A stretch of 61,647 bases of DNA, filler included, from 8 parts of 8 records of this genome joined end to end with filler, not necessarily neighbours in it, one strand, 5' to 3'. Positions 50,978-61,208 are shown, counted from the whole stretch's first letter. Made by a program: numbers and translations. The notes: generated by a model from the sequence alone, not told the origin.

Positions 50978-51016
50978 AAAAAAAGCGGAGACAGGGCAAT
51001 CCGCGCCTGTCTCCGC
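50978..51016 (-). terminator. Intergenic hairpin/terminator after the TAXI gene
   Basis: Minus strand GCGGAGACAGG...CCTGTCTCCGC followed by a T-run. Confidence 0.7.
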
Positions 51017-51025
51017 CGTCGGGTC

Positions 51026-51191
51026 TTACTTGATGAGACCGACTTCCTTGTAGAACTTCTCTGCGCCCGGATGGATCGGGATCAGCACGCCCTTGAGCGC
51101 GGTTTCAAGCACGATCTGCTTGCCCTTGGCATGGCCCTTGTCGAGCAGCTTGCGGGTGTTGTCGTTCCACAGCGCCTTGGTGATCTCGTAG
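51026..51191 (-). CDS. TAXI-family TRAP solute-binding protein, 3' fragment
   Basis: Manual translation YEITKALW...IPIHPGAEKFYKEVGLIK*. Confidence 0.88.
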
Positions 51192-51291
51192 NNNNNNNNN
51201 NNNNNNNNNNNNNNNNNNNNNNNNNNNNNNNNNNNTTAATTAATTAANNNNNNNNNNNNNNNNNNNNNNNNNNNNNNNNNNNNNNNNNNNN

Positions 51292-52065
51292 CGTGGGCTC
51301 ATGCCCGCCCTTCTGGCCCTCGGCGTCGTCTGCGTGGCGATCGTCAAGGAAGACCTCGGCACCGGCGTCCTCATCGCCGCGGCCTGCGGGCTCATGCTCC
51401 TCGCCGCCGGGGCCCGGTTCTGGCACCTAGCCATCTTCGTCCCCGTCGGCCTCGCCGGGGTCGTCACGGCGATCGTCATCAGCCCCTACCGCGTGCAGCG
51501 GGTCATGGCCTTCATTGACCCCTTCCAGGACTCGCAGGGCACCGGATATCACGTAATCCAGTCGATGGCCGCGATCGCCGGCGGCGGCGGCACCGGGCGC
51601 GGGCTCGGCCACGGGTTCCAGAAATTCGGCTATCTGCCCGAAGACCACACCGATTTCCTCTTCGCCGTGGTCTGCGAAGAGCTGGGTATCGCCGGGGCGA
51701 CGCTGGTCATCACGCTCTATGTCGTGCTGCTGCTGACCGGGTTCTCGATCGTGCGGCGCGAGAGCGACCGGCTGCTCAAGCTGCTCGGCTTCGGCGTGAT
51801 GGCGACCATCGGCCTGCAGGCGGTGATCAACCTCTTCGTCGTGACCGGCATGGCCCCGACCAAGGGCATCGCCCTGCCCCTCATGAGCTCCGGCGGCACG
51901 GGGTGGATCCTCACCGCCGGCTGCCTCGGCCTGCTCGCAGCCATGGACCGGACGCAGCCGCAGACGGTTGAGGCCGACGAAGTGTCTGGCGACGAGGTCG
52001 CGCTCGAACGACGCGAACCCAAGATCGGCGTCCGCCGCCCGGAGCCCGCGGCGACGACGCCATGA
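51292..52065 (+). CDS. ftsW: FtsW/SEDS glycosyltransferase (5' truncated)
   Basis: DLGT, LPEDHTDFLFAVVCEELG and PTKGIALPLMSSGG motifs; upstream of murG. Confidence 0.92.
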   Translation, partial: RGLMPALLALGVVCVAIVKEDLGTGVLIAAACGLMLLAAGARFWHLAIFVPVGLAGVVTAIVISPYRVQRVMAFIDPFQDSQGTGYHVIQSMAAIAGGGGTGRGLGHGFQKFGYLPEDHTDFLFAVVCEELGIAGATLVITLYVVLLLTGFSIVRRESDRLLKLLGFGVMATIGLQAVINLFVVTGMAPTKGIALPLMSSGGTGWILTAGCLGLLAAMDRTQPQTVEADEVSGDEVALERREPKIGVRRPEPAATTP

Positions 52066-53198
52066 GCGCGGGCACAGCACCCGACCCCAAGCACCCGCTC
52101 GGCATCATCTTCGCCGGCGGCGGCACCGGCGGGCACCTGTTCCCGGCGCTGGCCGTCCTCGAACAACTCCTCGAGATCGAGCCGGGCGTGAAGTCGGTCT
52201 TCCTGTGCTCGACCCGCGAGATCGACGAGCGGATCCTCGCAGCCGCGGGCGTGGATCACGCCGCCATCCCCGCCAAGCCGCTGAGCGGGCATCCGATCCG
52301 ACTGGCCAAGTTCATCACGAGCTGGGGCGGCGCGGTGCGGGCCTCGCGCGGGCAGATACAGAAGATGAAAGCTGAGTGCGCGCGCGTCCGTGTGCTGGCG
52401 ACCGGCGGCTTCGTCGCGGCACCCGTCGCCCAGGCGGCCCGCGCCGAGCGCGTGCCGCTGGTGCTGCTCAACCAGGACGCCCCGCCCGGCAAGGCCAACC
52501 GATGGATCGCCGGTCGGGCCGCGTCGATCTACACCACCGCCGATGTTGCGCGCGCAGGATGGGAGCGAATCCCGCCGGTGGTGCGTCGGGCGGCGCTGGC
52601 GTCGGGCGATGCCCGCGACTGCCGCGAGCGGCTCGGGCTCGACCCCGACCGCCCCGTGCTGCTGGTGACCGGCGCCAGCCAGGGATCGCGGACGGTCAAC
52701 GAGTTCGCCGCGGCCTTCGCCGAGGCCCACGCCGACCAACTGCGAGCCGGCGGCTGGCAAGCCATCCACCAGACCGGCGCGTCCGACAACACCCCGTGGC
52801 GCGAGGCGTGGGAGCGGGCCGGCCTGCCCGCCGTGGTCGAGCAGTTCTTCGACGCCATGGGCGACTGCTGGGGTGCCGCCGACCTGGCGGTCAGCCGGGC
52901 CGGGGCCGGCTCGGTCGCCGAGGTCTGGGCCAACCGGGTGCCGACGGTCTTCATGCCCTACCCCTACCACCGCGACGAGCACCAGCGGCTCAACGCCCGG
53001 CCGCTGGCCGAGGCCGGCGGGGCGGTCGTCGCCAAGGACGCCATCGACGCCGCGACCAATCTGGCGGACGCGGGCACGATCGTGCTCGAACTCCTGCGAA
53101 GCCCCAGCCGCCGCGCGACGATGCGCGATGCACTCGCAGGGCTCGGCCCGGTCGACGGTGCCGCACGGCTTGGGCGGGCGCTGCTCGACGACGCCTGA
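52062..53198 (+). CDS. murG: Lipid II N-acetylglucosamine transferase
   Basis: GGGTGGHLFPALA, TGGF, GASQG, SRAGAG and HQRLNA motifs. Confidence 0.93.
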   Translation: MSAGTAPDPKHPLGIIFAGGGTGGHLFPALAVLEQLLEIEPGVKSVFLCSTREIDERILAAAGVDHAAIPAKPLSGHPIRLAKFITSWGGAVRASRGQIQKMKAECARVRVLATGGFVAAPVAQAARAERVPLVLLNQDAPPGKANRWIAGRAASIYTTADVARAGWERIPPVVRRAALASGDARDCRERLGLDPDRPVLLVTGASQGSRTVNEFAAAFAEAHADQLRAGGWQAIHQTGASDNTPWREAWERAGLPAVVEQFFDAMGDCWGAADLAVSRAGAGSVAEVWANRVPTVFMPYPYHRDEHQRLNARPLAEAGGAVVAKDAIDAATNLADAGTIVLELLRSPSRRATMRDALAGLGPVDGAARLGRALLDDA

Positions 53199-53227
53199 CG
53201 CACGCGCGCTCGGTCTACCCTCCCGAC

Positions 53228-54820
53228 ATGACCGACACCGCCCCCGTCCGCCGCGCACTCCTCTCCGTCAGCAACAAGCAGGGCATCGTCGAGTTTGCCA
53301 GAGCTCTCGCCGGGCACGGCGTGCACCTGCTCTCAACCGGCGGCACGGCCCGCACACTCCGCGATGCCGGGCTCGAGGTCACCCTCGTCGAGGACCACAC
53401 CGGGTTCCCCGAGATGCTCGACGGGCGGGTCAAGACGCTCCATCCGACCATTCACGGCGGGATCCTCGGCGTCCGCGACAACGCCGAGCACGCCGCCAAG
53501 ATGGCCGAGCACGAGATCGAGCCGATCGACCTGGTCTGCATCGACCTCTACAAGTTCGAGGACACGATCGCGCGCGCAGGCGTGACGCTCGAGGACGCCG
53601 TCGAGCAGATCGATATCGGCGGGCCCTCGATGCTGCGGTCCGCGGCCAAGAACTTCCGCTTCGTCACCGTCATCTCCGACCCCGACCAGTACGAGCGGGT
53701 GCTCGGCGAACTGACCGAGCACGGCGGCACCACGCTGGCGACCCGCATGGACCTCGCGGCCTCGGCCTACGAACGCACCTGCGCCTTCGACGGGGCGATC
53801 AGCTCGTACCTGCGCGCGCAGCAGGGCGAGAGCTTCCCGCGTGTGCTGACGATCCAGGCACGCCGCGCGGGAGAGCTGCGCTACGGCGAGAACCCGCACC
53901 AGCCCGCGGCCCTCTACATCGACCCGAACGCCACCGGGCCGATCGTCGCGGGGGCCGAGCAGCTGCACGGCAAGGCGCTCAGCTACAACAACCTGCTCGA
54001 CGCCTCGGCGGCGCTGGAGCTGGCGATCGCGATGGCGGCCCTCGACCCGGAGCGGGCGGCGGCCTGCGTGATCAAGCACACCAACCCGTGCGGGGCCGCG
54101 ACGGCGGCGACGCTCGCCGAGGCGTTCGATCTGGCGATCGCCGGCGACCCCATGGCGGCCTACGGCGGGATCGCGGCGACGGGGACGACCGTGGATGCGC
54201 GCGCAGCCGAACGGCTCTGCCAGCCCGACCGGTTCTTCGAGGTGGTCATCGCGCCGGGCTACACCGACGAGGCGCTCGCGATGCTGCGGGAGCGGTGGAA
54301 GAACGTGCGGCTGCTGCGCACCGGCGAACTCGCATCGACCCACGGGAGTCGCCGTGTCATCCGCCCGATCGCCGGGGGCTACCTCGCGCAGGCGGCCGAC
54401 GACACCGCCCCGGACAGCGGCAGCTGGACACACGCGGCCGGTCCGGCGCCGGCCGCCCCGATGCTCCGGGCAGCGGAGGTGATCGAGGCCGCGGTGCGGG
54501 CGCTCTCCTCCAACGCCGTCGCGATCGGCGGCCCGATCGGCGAGCACGGCGCTGCGCTCTTCGGCGGCGGCGCGGGGCAGATGGACCGCGTCGCCTCGTG
54601 CAACCTGGCCGTCGCCAAGGCGGGCGAGCGGGCGAAGGGTGCGGTGGTCGTGAGCGACGCGTTCTTCCCCTTCCCCGACGGCCCGCAGATCCTCGCGGAC
54701 GCGGGCGTGGCGATGATCGTCCACCCCGGCGGCTCGAAGCGCGACGGCGAGACCTTCGAGCTGTGCGAGAAGCACGGGATCACCTGCATGACGACCGGCG
54801 TGCGGCGGTTCCGGCACTGA
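53228..54820 (+). CDS. purH: Bifunctional AICAR transformylase/IMP cyclohydrolase
   Basis: RRALLSVS, GRVKTLHP, LRYGENPHQ, KHTNPCG and SDAFFPF; true start ATG 53228. Confidence 0.97.
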   Translation: MTDTAPVRRALLSVSNKQGIVEFARALAGHGVHLLSTGGTARTLRDAGLEVTLVEDHTGFPEMLDGRVKTLHPTIHGGILGVRDNAEHAAKMAEHEIEPIDLVCIDLYKFEDTIARAGVTLEDAVEQIDIGGPSMLRSAAKNFRFVTVISDPDQYERVLGELTEHGGTTLATRMDLAASAYERTCAFDGAISSYLRAQQGESFPRVLTIQARRAGELRYGENPHQPAALYIDPNATGPIVAGAEQLHGKALSYNNLLDASAALELAIAMAALDPERAAACVIKHTNPCGAATAATLAEAFDLAIAGDPMAAYGGIAATGTTVDARAAERLCQPDRFFEVVIAPGYTDEALAMLRERWKNVRLLRTGELASTHGSRRVIRPIAGGYLAQAADDTAPDSGSWTHAAGPAPAAPMLRAAEVIEAAVRALSSNAVAIGGPIGEHGAALFGGGAGQMDRVASCNLAVAKAGERAKGAVVVSDAFFPFPDGPQILADAGVAMIVHPGGSKRDGETFELCEKHGITCMTTGVRRFRH

Positions 54821-54943
54821 GCGGCCGGCCCGGCCACCGATGTACCGGACGACGCGGCGAAGCGCTGGATTTGTGTAAAGTGGGTCTCACACGCGTGATA
54901 ACTGCACGATCGGGACTGGCGGGGCTTGCACCGGGCTGGTAAA

Positions 54944-54961
54944 GTCTCTATGTATAGAGAC
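54944..54961. promoter_or_regulatory. Palindrome over the probable -10 region of the HNH gene
   Basis: GTCTCTAT-GT-ATAGAGAC, downstream of TTGCAC at 54926. Confidence 0.4.
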
Positions 54962-55000
54962 GATCGCGGGCCGGTCGTGCCCGCCGCTGGAGCGTGTGCG

Positions 55001-55723
55001 ATGTCCCGTCAGTCCAAAGCCAACACAGCCAAACCCGGGTCGGACCGACCCTCGGAGGACCACCCAGCCACGCTGATGGCCGGGGCGGGCGGTGTGGTGG
55101 CGCTGGGTGACGGGCTGGACGCGCGGGTGCTGGTGCTCAACCGGCTCTACGTCGCGGTGCGGGTGATCACGGTGCGTCGGGCGTTCGCGATGCTCTGCCG
55201 CGACATGGCCGAGATCATCTCGATCGAGGACGGCCAGTACGTCAACTACGACTTTGCCACGTGGACCGAGGTCTCGGAGTTCCGGCGGGAGTACGAGCCG
55301 GAGCAGCACGACTGGGTGCGGACGGTGCGGACCGAGATCGCGGTGCCGCGGATCATCCGGCTGTTCGGCTACGACCGCCTGCCCGCCCAGCGGGTGAAGC
55401 TCAACCGGCGGAACCTGTTCGCCCGGGACCGGAGCCAGTGCCAGTACTGCGGCTCGCACTTTACGACCAACGAGCTGACGCTCGACCACGTCACGCCCCG
55501 GACGCAGGGCGGCGGCGACACGTGGGAGAACCTCGTCTGCGCCTGCGTGCCCTGCAACGCCAGGAAGGGTGGACGGACGCCGGAGCAGGCGCGGATGAAG
55601 CTGATCCGCAAGCCGGTCCGGCCCAGACGGAACCCGCTGATCACGCTGCGGCTGGGCAACGAGAAGTACCGCTCGTGGAAGGCGTTCCTCGACGAGGCGT
55701 ACTGGTCGGTCGAATTGCGATAG
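55001..55723 (+). CDS. HNH endonuclease (McrA-like, conserved type)
   Basis: VLVLN, RD..CQYCG, LTLDHVTPR and WENLVCAC..CN..KG motifs; start uncertain. Confidence 0.9.
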   Translation: MSRQSKANTAKPGSDRPSEDHPATLMAGAGGVVALGDGLDARVLVLNRLYVAVRVITVRRAFAMLCRDMAEIISIEDGQYVNYDFATWTEVSEFRREYEPEQHDWVRTVRTEIAVPRIIRLFGYDRLPAQRVKLNRRNLFARDRSQCQYCGSHFTTNELTLDHVTPRTQGGGDTWENLVCACVPCNARKGGRTPEQARMKLIRKPVRPRRNPLITLRLGNEKYRSWKAFLDEAYWSVELR

Positions 55724-55775
55724 GGAAACGGGCAACAGGGCATCGGGCGGGCCGTTGGGCCGCGCCAGACGCCTT

Positions 55776-56075
55776 TTAGGCCGCGGCGACCGCGCCGGAG
55801 AGCTTGTCGGCCTCCTGGGCCAGCGCGAAGTCCTTGGTGGTGATGCCGCCGGCGTCGTGGGTGTTGACGCTGACGGTGACCTTGTTGTATCGGATAAGAA
55901 TATCCGGATGGTGCTGGGCCCGCTCGGCGTAGTCGGCCAGCCCGTTGACGAACGCCATCGAGGCCCTGAAGTCTGGGAACTGGAACGTCCGCTGGATCTT
56001 GCCGCTGACCTCTGACCACTCCGGCGAGTTGGTCAGCTCGGCCTGGATCTGTTCTTCGCTGAACTTCTCTGCCAT
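55776..56075 (-). CDS. Pterin-4-alpha-carbinolamine dehydratase
   Basis: AERAQHHPDI and THDAGGIT.KD motifs; GGAGG RBS. Confidence 0.92.
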   Translation of the reverse strand: MAEKFSEEQIQAELTNSPEWSEVSGKIQRTFQFPDFRASMAFVNGLADYAERAQHHPDILIRYNKVTVSVNTHDAGGITTKDFALAQEADKLSGAVAAA

Positions 56076-56135
56076 GGAATCCTCCGGTTCGCCCCCGAGA
56101 GGGTCGAAGGCGGAGTGTATCATCGCGCCACCGCC

Positions 56136-57164
56136 ATGCCCAATGCTTCGATCGAACCGTTCTCCCCCCCACCGCCACCCCAATGCGGCATAACCCGGCT
56201 GGCCCCCTCGCCCACGGGGGCGTTGCATTTGGGGAACGCGCGGACGTTTCTGGTCAATTGGGCCCTGGCGAGGCGGCAGGGGTGGCGGATCGTGCTCCGG
56301 ATCGAGGATCTGGACGGGCCGCGGGTGAAACCGGAGGCGATCGAGGCGTGCGTGAGGACGCTCGGCTGGCTGGGAATTGACTGGGATATCGGACCGATTA
56401 TCCAGTCGGAGGACCTGCGGCCGTGCGAGGAGGCGATGGGGACGCTGGCCTCGCGGGGGTGGGTGTATCCGTGCGAGCTGACGCGGTCGGAGATCGACGC
56501 GGCCGCGAGCGCGCCGCACGACGGCGAGGGCGGGGACCGGGCGGCCGGTCCGTCAGGCGGGGCAGAGGGCGGCGAGAACCGCTTCCCGCCGGGGCTGCGT
56601 CCGGCGGATCTGGGGCCGCGGCCGTTTGATGATCCGACGACCAACTGGCGGTTCCTGACGCCGCCGGGCCCGGTGGCGTTCGACGACGCGTGCGCCGGGC
56701 CGCAGCGGCAGGACCCGGCGCGGGATGTGGGCGACTTCGTGGTCTGGACGCGCCGGGGGCAGCCGGCGTATCAGCTGGCGGTGGTGGTGGACGACCACCG
56801 GCAGGGGGTGACGCAGGTGGTGCGGGGTGACGACCTGCTCGGCTCGGCGGCCCGGCAGCTGCTGCTGATGCGGGCGCTCGGGCTGGGGCCGGAGCCCGCC
56901 TACACCCATCTGCCGCTGGTGGTGGGCGGGGACGGCCGGCGGCTGGCCAAACGCCACGGCGACACGCGGCTGGCGACGTATCAGCAGACGGGCGTGGCGG
57001 CCGAGCGGGTGCTCGGGCTGCTGGGCTGGTGGTGCGGGGTAGCCGCGGAGCGGGTGCCGATGTCGGCGGCGGAGTTCTGCGGGGGGTTTGATCTCGCTAG
57101 CATGCCGAGAGACCGGGTGACTTTCACCGAGGAGGACGACGGATGGCTTCGACAAGGCTCGTGA
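56136..57164 (+). CDS. gluQ: Glutamyl-queuosine tRNA(Asp) synthetase
   Basis: APSPTGALHLGN, YQLAVVVDD and RLAKR motifs; no anticodon domain. Confidence 0.9.
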   Translation: MPNASIEPFSPPPPPQCGITRLAPSPTGALHLGNARTFLVNWALARRQGWRIVLRIEDLDGPRVKPEAIEACVRTLGWLGIDWDIGPIIQSEDLRPCEEAMGTLASRGWVYPCELTRSEIDAAASAPHDGEGGDRAAGPSGGAEGGENRFPPGLRPADLGPRPFDDPTTNWRFLTPPGPVAFDDACAGPQRQDPARDVGDFVVWTRRGQPAYQLAVVVDDHRQGVTQVVRGDDLLGSAARQLLLMRALGLGPEPAYTHLPLVVGGDGRRLAKRHGDTRLATYQQTGVAAERVLGLLGWWCGVAAERVPMSAAEFCGGFDLASMPRDRVTFTEEDDGWLRQGS

Positions 57165-57694
57165 TGCTGGTTGGCCTGATGCTGCTGGCGGGGGTGCTCT
57201 CAATGACGGGGTGCAGCAACAACAGCACGCCCTCGGGCAACGCCGACACCAATGTCGAGAGCGTGAAGATCGACGGCCGGGTGTTCCATCTGGAGCTGGC
57301 GCTGGACGGGGCGACCCGGTTCAAGGGGCTGAGCGACCGGGAGTTCATCGAGCCGGACGGGGGGATGCTGTTTGTCTTCCCCAGGGCGTCGGACCAGCGG
57401 TTCGTGATGCGGAACTGCCCGATCGATATCGACATCATCTTCTTGGATCCCTCGGGCAGGATTACGGCGATGCACCACATGCCGGCCGAGGCCCCTCGCG
57501 ACCCCGAGACCGAGCCGGAGACGGGGGTCCCCTCGACGGACAAGTACGAGCAGCGGCTCAAGCGGTACCCGAGCCGGTATCCGGCCCAGTTCGTGATCGA
57601 GCTGGCGGGGGGGATGCTGGAGGAGCTGGATATCGCCGAGGGCGACCTGATCGACCTGAACGACCTGAAGGGACTGAAGGCGCGGGCCAGGTGA
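57143..57694 (+). CDS. DUF192-family lipoprotein
   Basis: Lipobox MTGC, GMLFVF, MRN..IDIIF and VIEL motifs. Confidence 0.9.
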   Translation: MASTRLVMLVGLMLLAGVLSMTGCSNNSTPSGNADTNVESVKIDGRVFHLELALDGATRFKGLSDREFIEPDGGMLFVFPRASDQRFVMRNCPIDIDIIFLDPSGRITAMHHMPAEAPRDPETEPETGVPSTDKYEQRLKRYPSRYPAQFVIELAGGMLEELDIAEGDLIDLNDLKGLKARAR

Positions 57695-57727
57695 GCCGAT
57701 AACGGAGGCGGAGGCTCGCGCGGACGC

Positions 57728-59038
57728 GTGGGCTTGGAGCCCCCGTTGCAACACGCCAGGGTTGTCATTGCTGCCGACACCGACGCCGCCCAGAGGGCGG
57801 CGTGGTGGTGCGCGGAGATTGCGCGGGCCTGGCCCCGCGCGGGAGACGCCCCGGCGTGCGAGGCGGTGACGCTCGACACCTTCGCCGATCGGCTCAGCGA
57901 CATCGAGGGGATCGGGCTCGCGCCGGACACGGTCGTGGTGCTGCTCTGCCCCGAGGCGAACCGGGCCGGGCCGACGCTGATGCAGACACTCGACCGGCTG
58001 ATCGGGGCGCGGACGCCGACGCTCATGCTGTCGGGTGACGCCGACCGGCTGCGTATGGAACTCGAGCCGCAGGGCGTGGCCGTCGAGCGGCTGGACGCCG
58101 ACTCGGCGCGGGTGACGACGGCGCTGCTGACGCTGATGGTCAGGCAGGCGGCGGTGGACCTGATGGGGACGGAGCTGCGGGTGGCGCGGGCGTCGCAGTC
58201 GGGGCTCAGCGGCGAGATCGGGCGGCTGCACGATGAGCTGCAGCTGGCCGGCGCGGTGCAGCGGCGGTTTCTGCCGCGGGAGATGCCGAGCGTGCCGGGC
58301 TTTGAGTTCGGCGTGTTCTTCCGTCCCTGCGGGTTTGTCAGCGGCGACATCTACGACGTGGTGCCGATCGACCACTCGCGTGTGGCGTTCATGGTCGCCG
58401 ACGCGGTGGGGCACGGGGTGCCGGCGGCGCTGCTGACGCTGGTGCTCGGGCGGGCGTTGCGGCAGAACCCGATCGACGGCGAGGACCACCCGCTGGCCTC
58501 TCCGGCCCGGACACTGGCGCGGCTCAACGAAGAACTCTGCATCGAGAACGAGACCGGGGACCGGTTCGCGACGGCCGTCTGCGGCGTGGTGGACACGCGG
58601 GAGGGCACCGTGACGCTCTCTGGCGCGGGGCACCCGGCGTCGATCGTGCTGGGGACGGACGGGTCGGCCGAGGAGATCGACGGGGGCGACGGGCCGCTGC
58701 TCGGGGTGTTCCCCGGAGCGCCCTTCACCGAGCGGACGTTCACGCTCGAACGCGGGCAGACGCTGATGCTCTACAGCGACGGGTTTGAGGTGGTGTTCCC
58801 CGATCCGGCGTCGGAGGAAGGGAGTGCCGCGGCGAATCAGGCGTATATCTCGCACTTCGGCGAGATCGCCAAACGCTCGGTCGGGGCGGACGAGGCGGTT
58901 TCGCTTCTCGCGGCCGATATCGATGCGCAGGCCGGCTCGCTGAATCAGCGGGACGACCTGACGGCGCTGGTGGTGCGGCGGACAGCCGATGCGCTGGTCA
59001 TGCCGCGGAAGGACGAGGCGTCGCGCGTCGCGGCGTGA
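57728..59038 (+). CDS. SpoIIE/RsbU-family PP2C phosphatase
   Basis: VSGDIYD, ADAVGHGVPAAL, AGHP, YSDG and DDLT motifs. Confidence 0.93.
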   Translation: MGLEPPLQHARVVIAADTDAAQRAAWWCAEIARAWPRAGDAPACEAVTLDTFADRLSDIEGIGLAPDTVVVLLCPEANRAGPTLMQTLDRLIGARTPTLMLSGDADRLRMELEPQGVAVERLDADSARVTTALLTLMVRQAAVDLMGTELRVARASQSGLSGEIGRLHDELQLAGAVQRRFLPREMPSVPGFEFGVFFRPCGFVSGDIYDVVPIDHSRVAFMVADAVGHGVPAALLTLVLGRALRQNPIDGEDHPLASPARTLARLNEELCIENETGDRFATAVCGVVDTREGTVTLSGAGHPASIVLGTDGSAEEIDGGDGPLLGVFPGAPFTERTFTLERGQTLMLYSDGFEVVFPDPASEEGSAAANQAYISHFGEIAKRSVGADEAVSLLAADIDAQAGSLNQRDDLTALVVRRTADALVMPRKDEASRVAA

Positions 59039-59054
59039 GCCGTGCCGGAGTGTC

Positions 59055-60524
59055 TCAGGCGAGCAGGTCGTTGATCACGTTGCCGTGGACGTCGGTCAGG
59101 CGGAAGTCGCGTCCCTGGAATCGGTACGACAGTTTGGTGTGGTCGAGGCCGAGCTGGTGGAGGATCGTCGCCTGCAGGTCGTGGACGTGGACGGGCTTGT
59201 CGGTGATGCGGCAGCCGAGGTCGTCGGTGGTGCCGTGGACGTAGCCCGGCTTGAGCCCGCCGCCGGCCATGATGATGCTGAAGCAGTGCGGGTGGTGGTC
59301 GCGCCCGAGGAACTTGGATCCGTTGCGTTCCTCGTTCATCGCGGTGCGGCCGAACTCGCCGGACCAGACCACGAGCGTGTCGTCGAGCATGCCGCGACGC
59401 TTGAGATCGCTGATGAGGGCGGCGACGGGCTTGTCTGTCTCGCGGCACTTCTTGGGCAGCTGGGTGACGATGTCGTCGCCGGGGTTGGTGCCGTGGGTGT
59501 CCCAGCCCCAGTCGAAGAGCTGCACGAAGCGCACGCCGCGTTCGGCGAGGCGGCGGGCGAGCAGGCAGTTGTTGGCGAAGCGCGTCTCGCCGGGTGCGGC
59601 GCCGTACATCTCCAGCGTCTTCTTGTCCTCGAGGCCGATGTCCATCGCCTCGGGCACCGAGACCTGCATGCGGAAGGCGAGCTCGTACTGGCTGATGCGG
59701 CTGAGGGTCTCGGGGTCGCCGGCCTCGGCGTGCTGCAGCTCGTTGAGCTCGCGGAGGGCGTCGAGGCTGCGGCGGCGGGTGGAGCGCTCCATGCCGGGCG
59801 GGTCGGAGACGTAGAGGACTGGGTCACCTGACGTGCGGCACTGGACGCCCTGATAGACACTCGGCAGGAAGCCGGAGCCCCAGACGCTCTTGCCCGCGCT
59901 GGGTGTCGTGCCGCCGGAGACGAGGACGACGAAGGCGGGCAGATCGGCCGAGTCGCACCCGAGGCCGTAGGTGGCCCACGACCCGAAGCTCGGCCGCCCG
60001 AGCAGGGGTGAGCCGGAGTAGAGGAAGAGCTGCGCCGGGGCGTGGTTGAACTGGTCGGTGTGCATCGTGCGGACGATGGTGAGATCGTCGGCGATGCTGG
60101 CGAGGTTGGGCAGCAGCTCGCTCATCTCGATGCCGGCCTGGCCGTGCCTTGTGAACTTGTAGGGCGAGCCGAGGATCTTGGGGTGGCCCTTGATGAAGGC
60201 GAACCGTTCGCCCTCGAGCACGCTCTCGGGGCAGAGCTGGCCGTCGAGCTTAGTCAGCATCGGCTTGTGGTCGAGCAGGTCGTGCTGGGGCGGGGAGCCG
60301 GCCATGTGGAGCCAGATGACGCGCTTGGCCTTGGGCGCAAAGTGCGGCGGGCGGGGGAGGAAGGGGTTGTCGGCGCTCGGGTTGGAGTCTGGACCGGAGG
60401 CGACAGCGCCCGCGGCCGTGCCGCCGAGGATCGACGACAACGCGATCGCGCCCAGGCCCGTGCGGCACTGGCCGAGGAAGTGTCGGCGGCTGACCCAGCG
60501 GTAGTGTTCGTGGAGAGGGTTCAT
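59055..60524 (-). CDS. DUF1501-family protein
   Basis: SRRHFL, AKRVIWL, ARRLAERGVRFVQ, WDTH, EFGRT and GRDHHP motifs. Confidence 0.93.
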   Translation of the reverse strand: MNPLHEHYRWVSRRHFLGQCRTGLGAIALSSILGGTAAGAVASGPDSNPSADNPFLPRPPHFAPKAKRVIWLHMAGSPPQHDLLDHKPMLTKLDGQLCPESVLEGERFAFIKGHPKILGSPYKFTRHGQAGIEMSELLPNLASIADDLTIVRTMHTDQFNHAPAQLFLYSGSPLLGRPSFGSWATYGLGCDSADLPAFVVLVSGGTTPSAGKSVWGSGFLPSVYQGVQCRTSGDPVLYVSDPPGMERSTRRRSLDALRELNELQHAEAGDPETLSRISQYELAFRMQVSVPEAMDIGLEDKKTLEMYGAAPGETRFANNCLLARRLAERGVRFVQLFDWGWDTHGTNPGDDIVTQLPKKCRETDKPVAALISDLKRRGMLDDTLVVWSGEFGRTAMNEERNGSKFLGRDHHPHCFSIIMAGGGLKPGYVHGTTDDLGCRITDKPVHVHDLQATILHQLGLDHTKLSYRFQGRDFRLTDVHGNVINDLLA

Positions 60525-61165
60525 GGGTTCATGTCACATGTCGAGGGAGCAGTGGCCCGGCTGGAGTGCTCGTCTCGTACCTCCGTACTCTTGCCGAGGT
60601 GAGAACCGCACTCGGGGCACAGATCTGCCGACGCACATCCTACTTCGTACTTGCACCGGGGACACATCCCATTTTCCAGTGCCTTCTGCCGCCTCGATGC
60701 AGCGATGGCTTTGCGCGCTCGGACCACAACCAACTGCAGACCGATGCATATAGACCAATGGATTGTCACGCTCAGCAACAATGCTCCGGCGTGTGCGACC
60801 CGCACCGCCGGAACCTGCTCTCGCATCGCCTCAACGCGGCTATACGTGGGCATGAGTCTGATGCTGCCTCTGCGAGGCGGTGGATCAGGGGCTCTCGCCA
60901 CTCGGCTTTCACCCCAAAACACTGGCCAGCCCACTTTCAGCACGGTCACTGCTACAACCTCTGCCTCATACTGCTCACTGTAGACGACGGAATACCGGTA
61001 TCCCGGACCTTGGAGTTCGATGACGTTTACGTCGGTACCTACCACCCACCTGCTCGTCGTCGGTGCCACCAGGACCAAGAGCAGGGGCCAAACAATGGTG
61101 AGTGCTGTGCCCACGATCGCTGTCGCGCCAATCGCTCGCCATGGTCTCCGTCTTTCTGGGGCCAT
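60521..61165 (-). CDS. Membrane protein with C-terminal zinc ribbon
   Basis: Two hydrophobic segments and CPRCKYEV...CPECG. Confidence 0.7.
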   Translation of the reverse strand: MAPERRRPWRAIGATAIVGTALTIVWPLLLVLVAPTTSRWVVGTDVNVIELQGPGYRYSVVYSEQYEAEVVAVTVLKVGWPVFWGESRVARAPDPPPRRGSIRLMPTYSRVEAMREQVPAVRVAHAGALLLSVTIHWSICIGLQLVVVRARKAIAASRRQKALENGMCPRCKYEVGCASADLCPECGSHLGKSTEVRDEHSSRATAPSTCDMNP

Positions 61166-61208
61166 ATCGAATCGCGATCCGTGAGAGGTAGCGTCGGACA
61201 GATCAGGC

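Noticed and set aside
51292-53198. Peptidoglycan genes in a planctomycete-like fragment
   Set aside because: Peptidoglycan and ftsW/murG in planctomycetes are already established
52376-53227. 814-aa ORF suggesting an N-terminally extended PurH
   Set aside because: The extension is an alternative frame of murG in high-GC DNA; PurH starts at 53228
55001-55723. HNH gene as a mobile element or defence system
   Set aside because: Host-like composition, a common conserved HNH type, and no partner genes or flanking repeats
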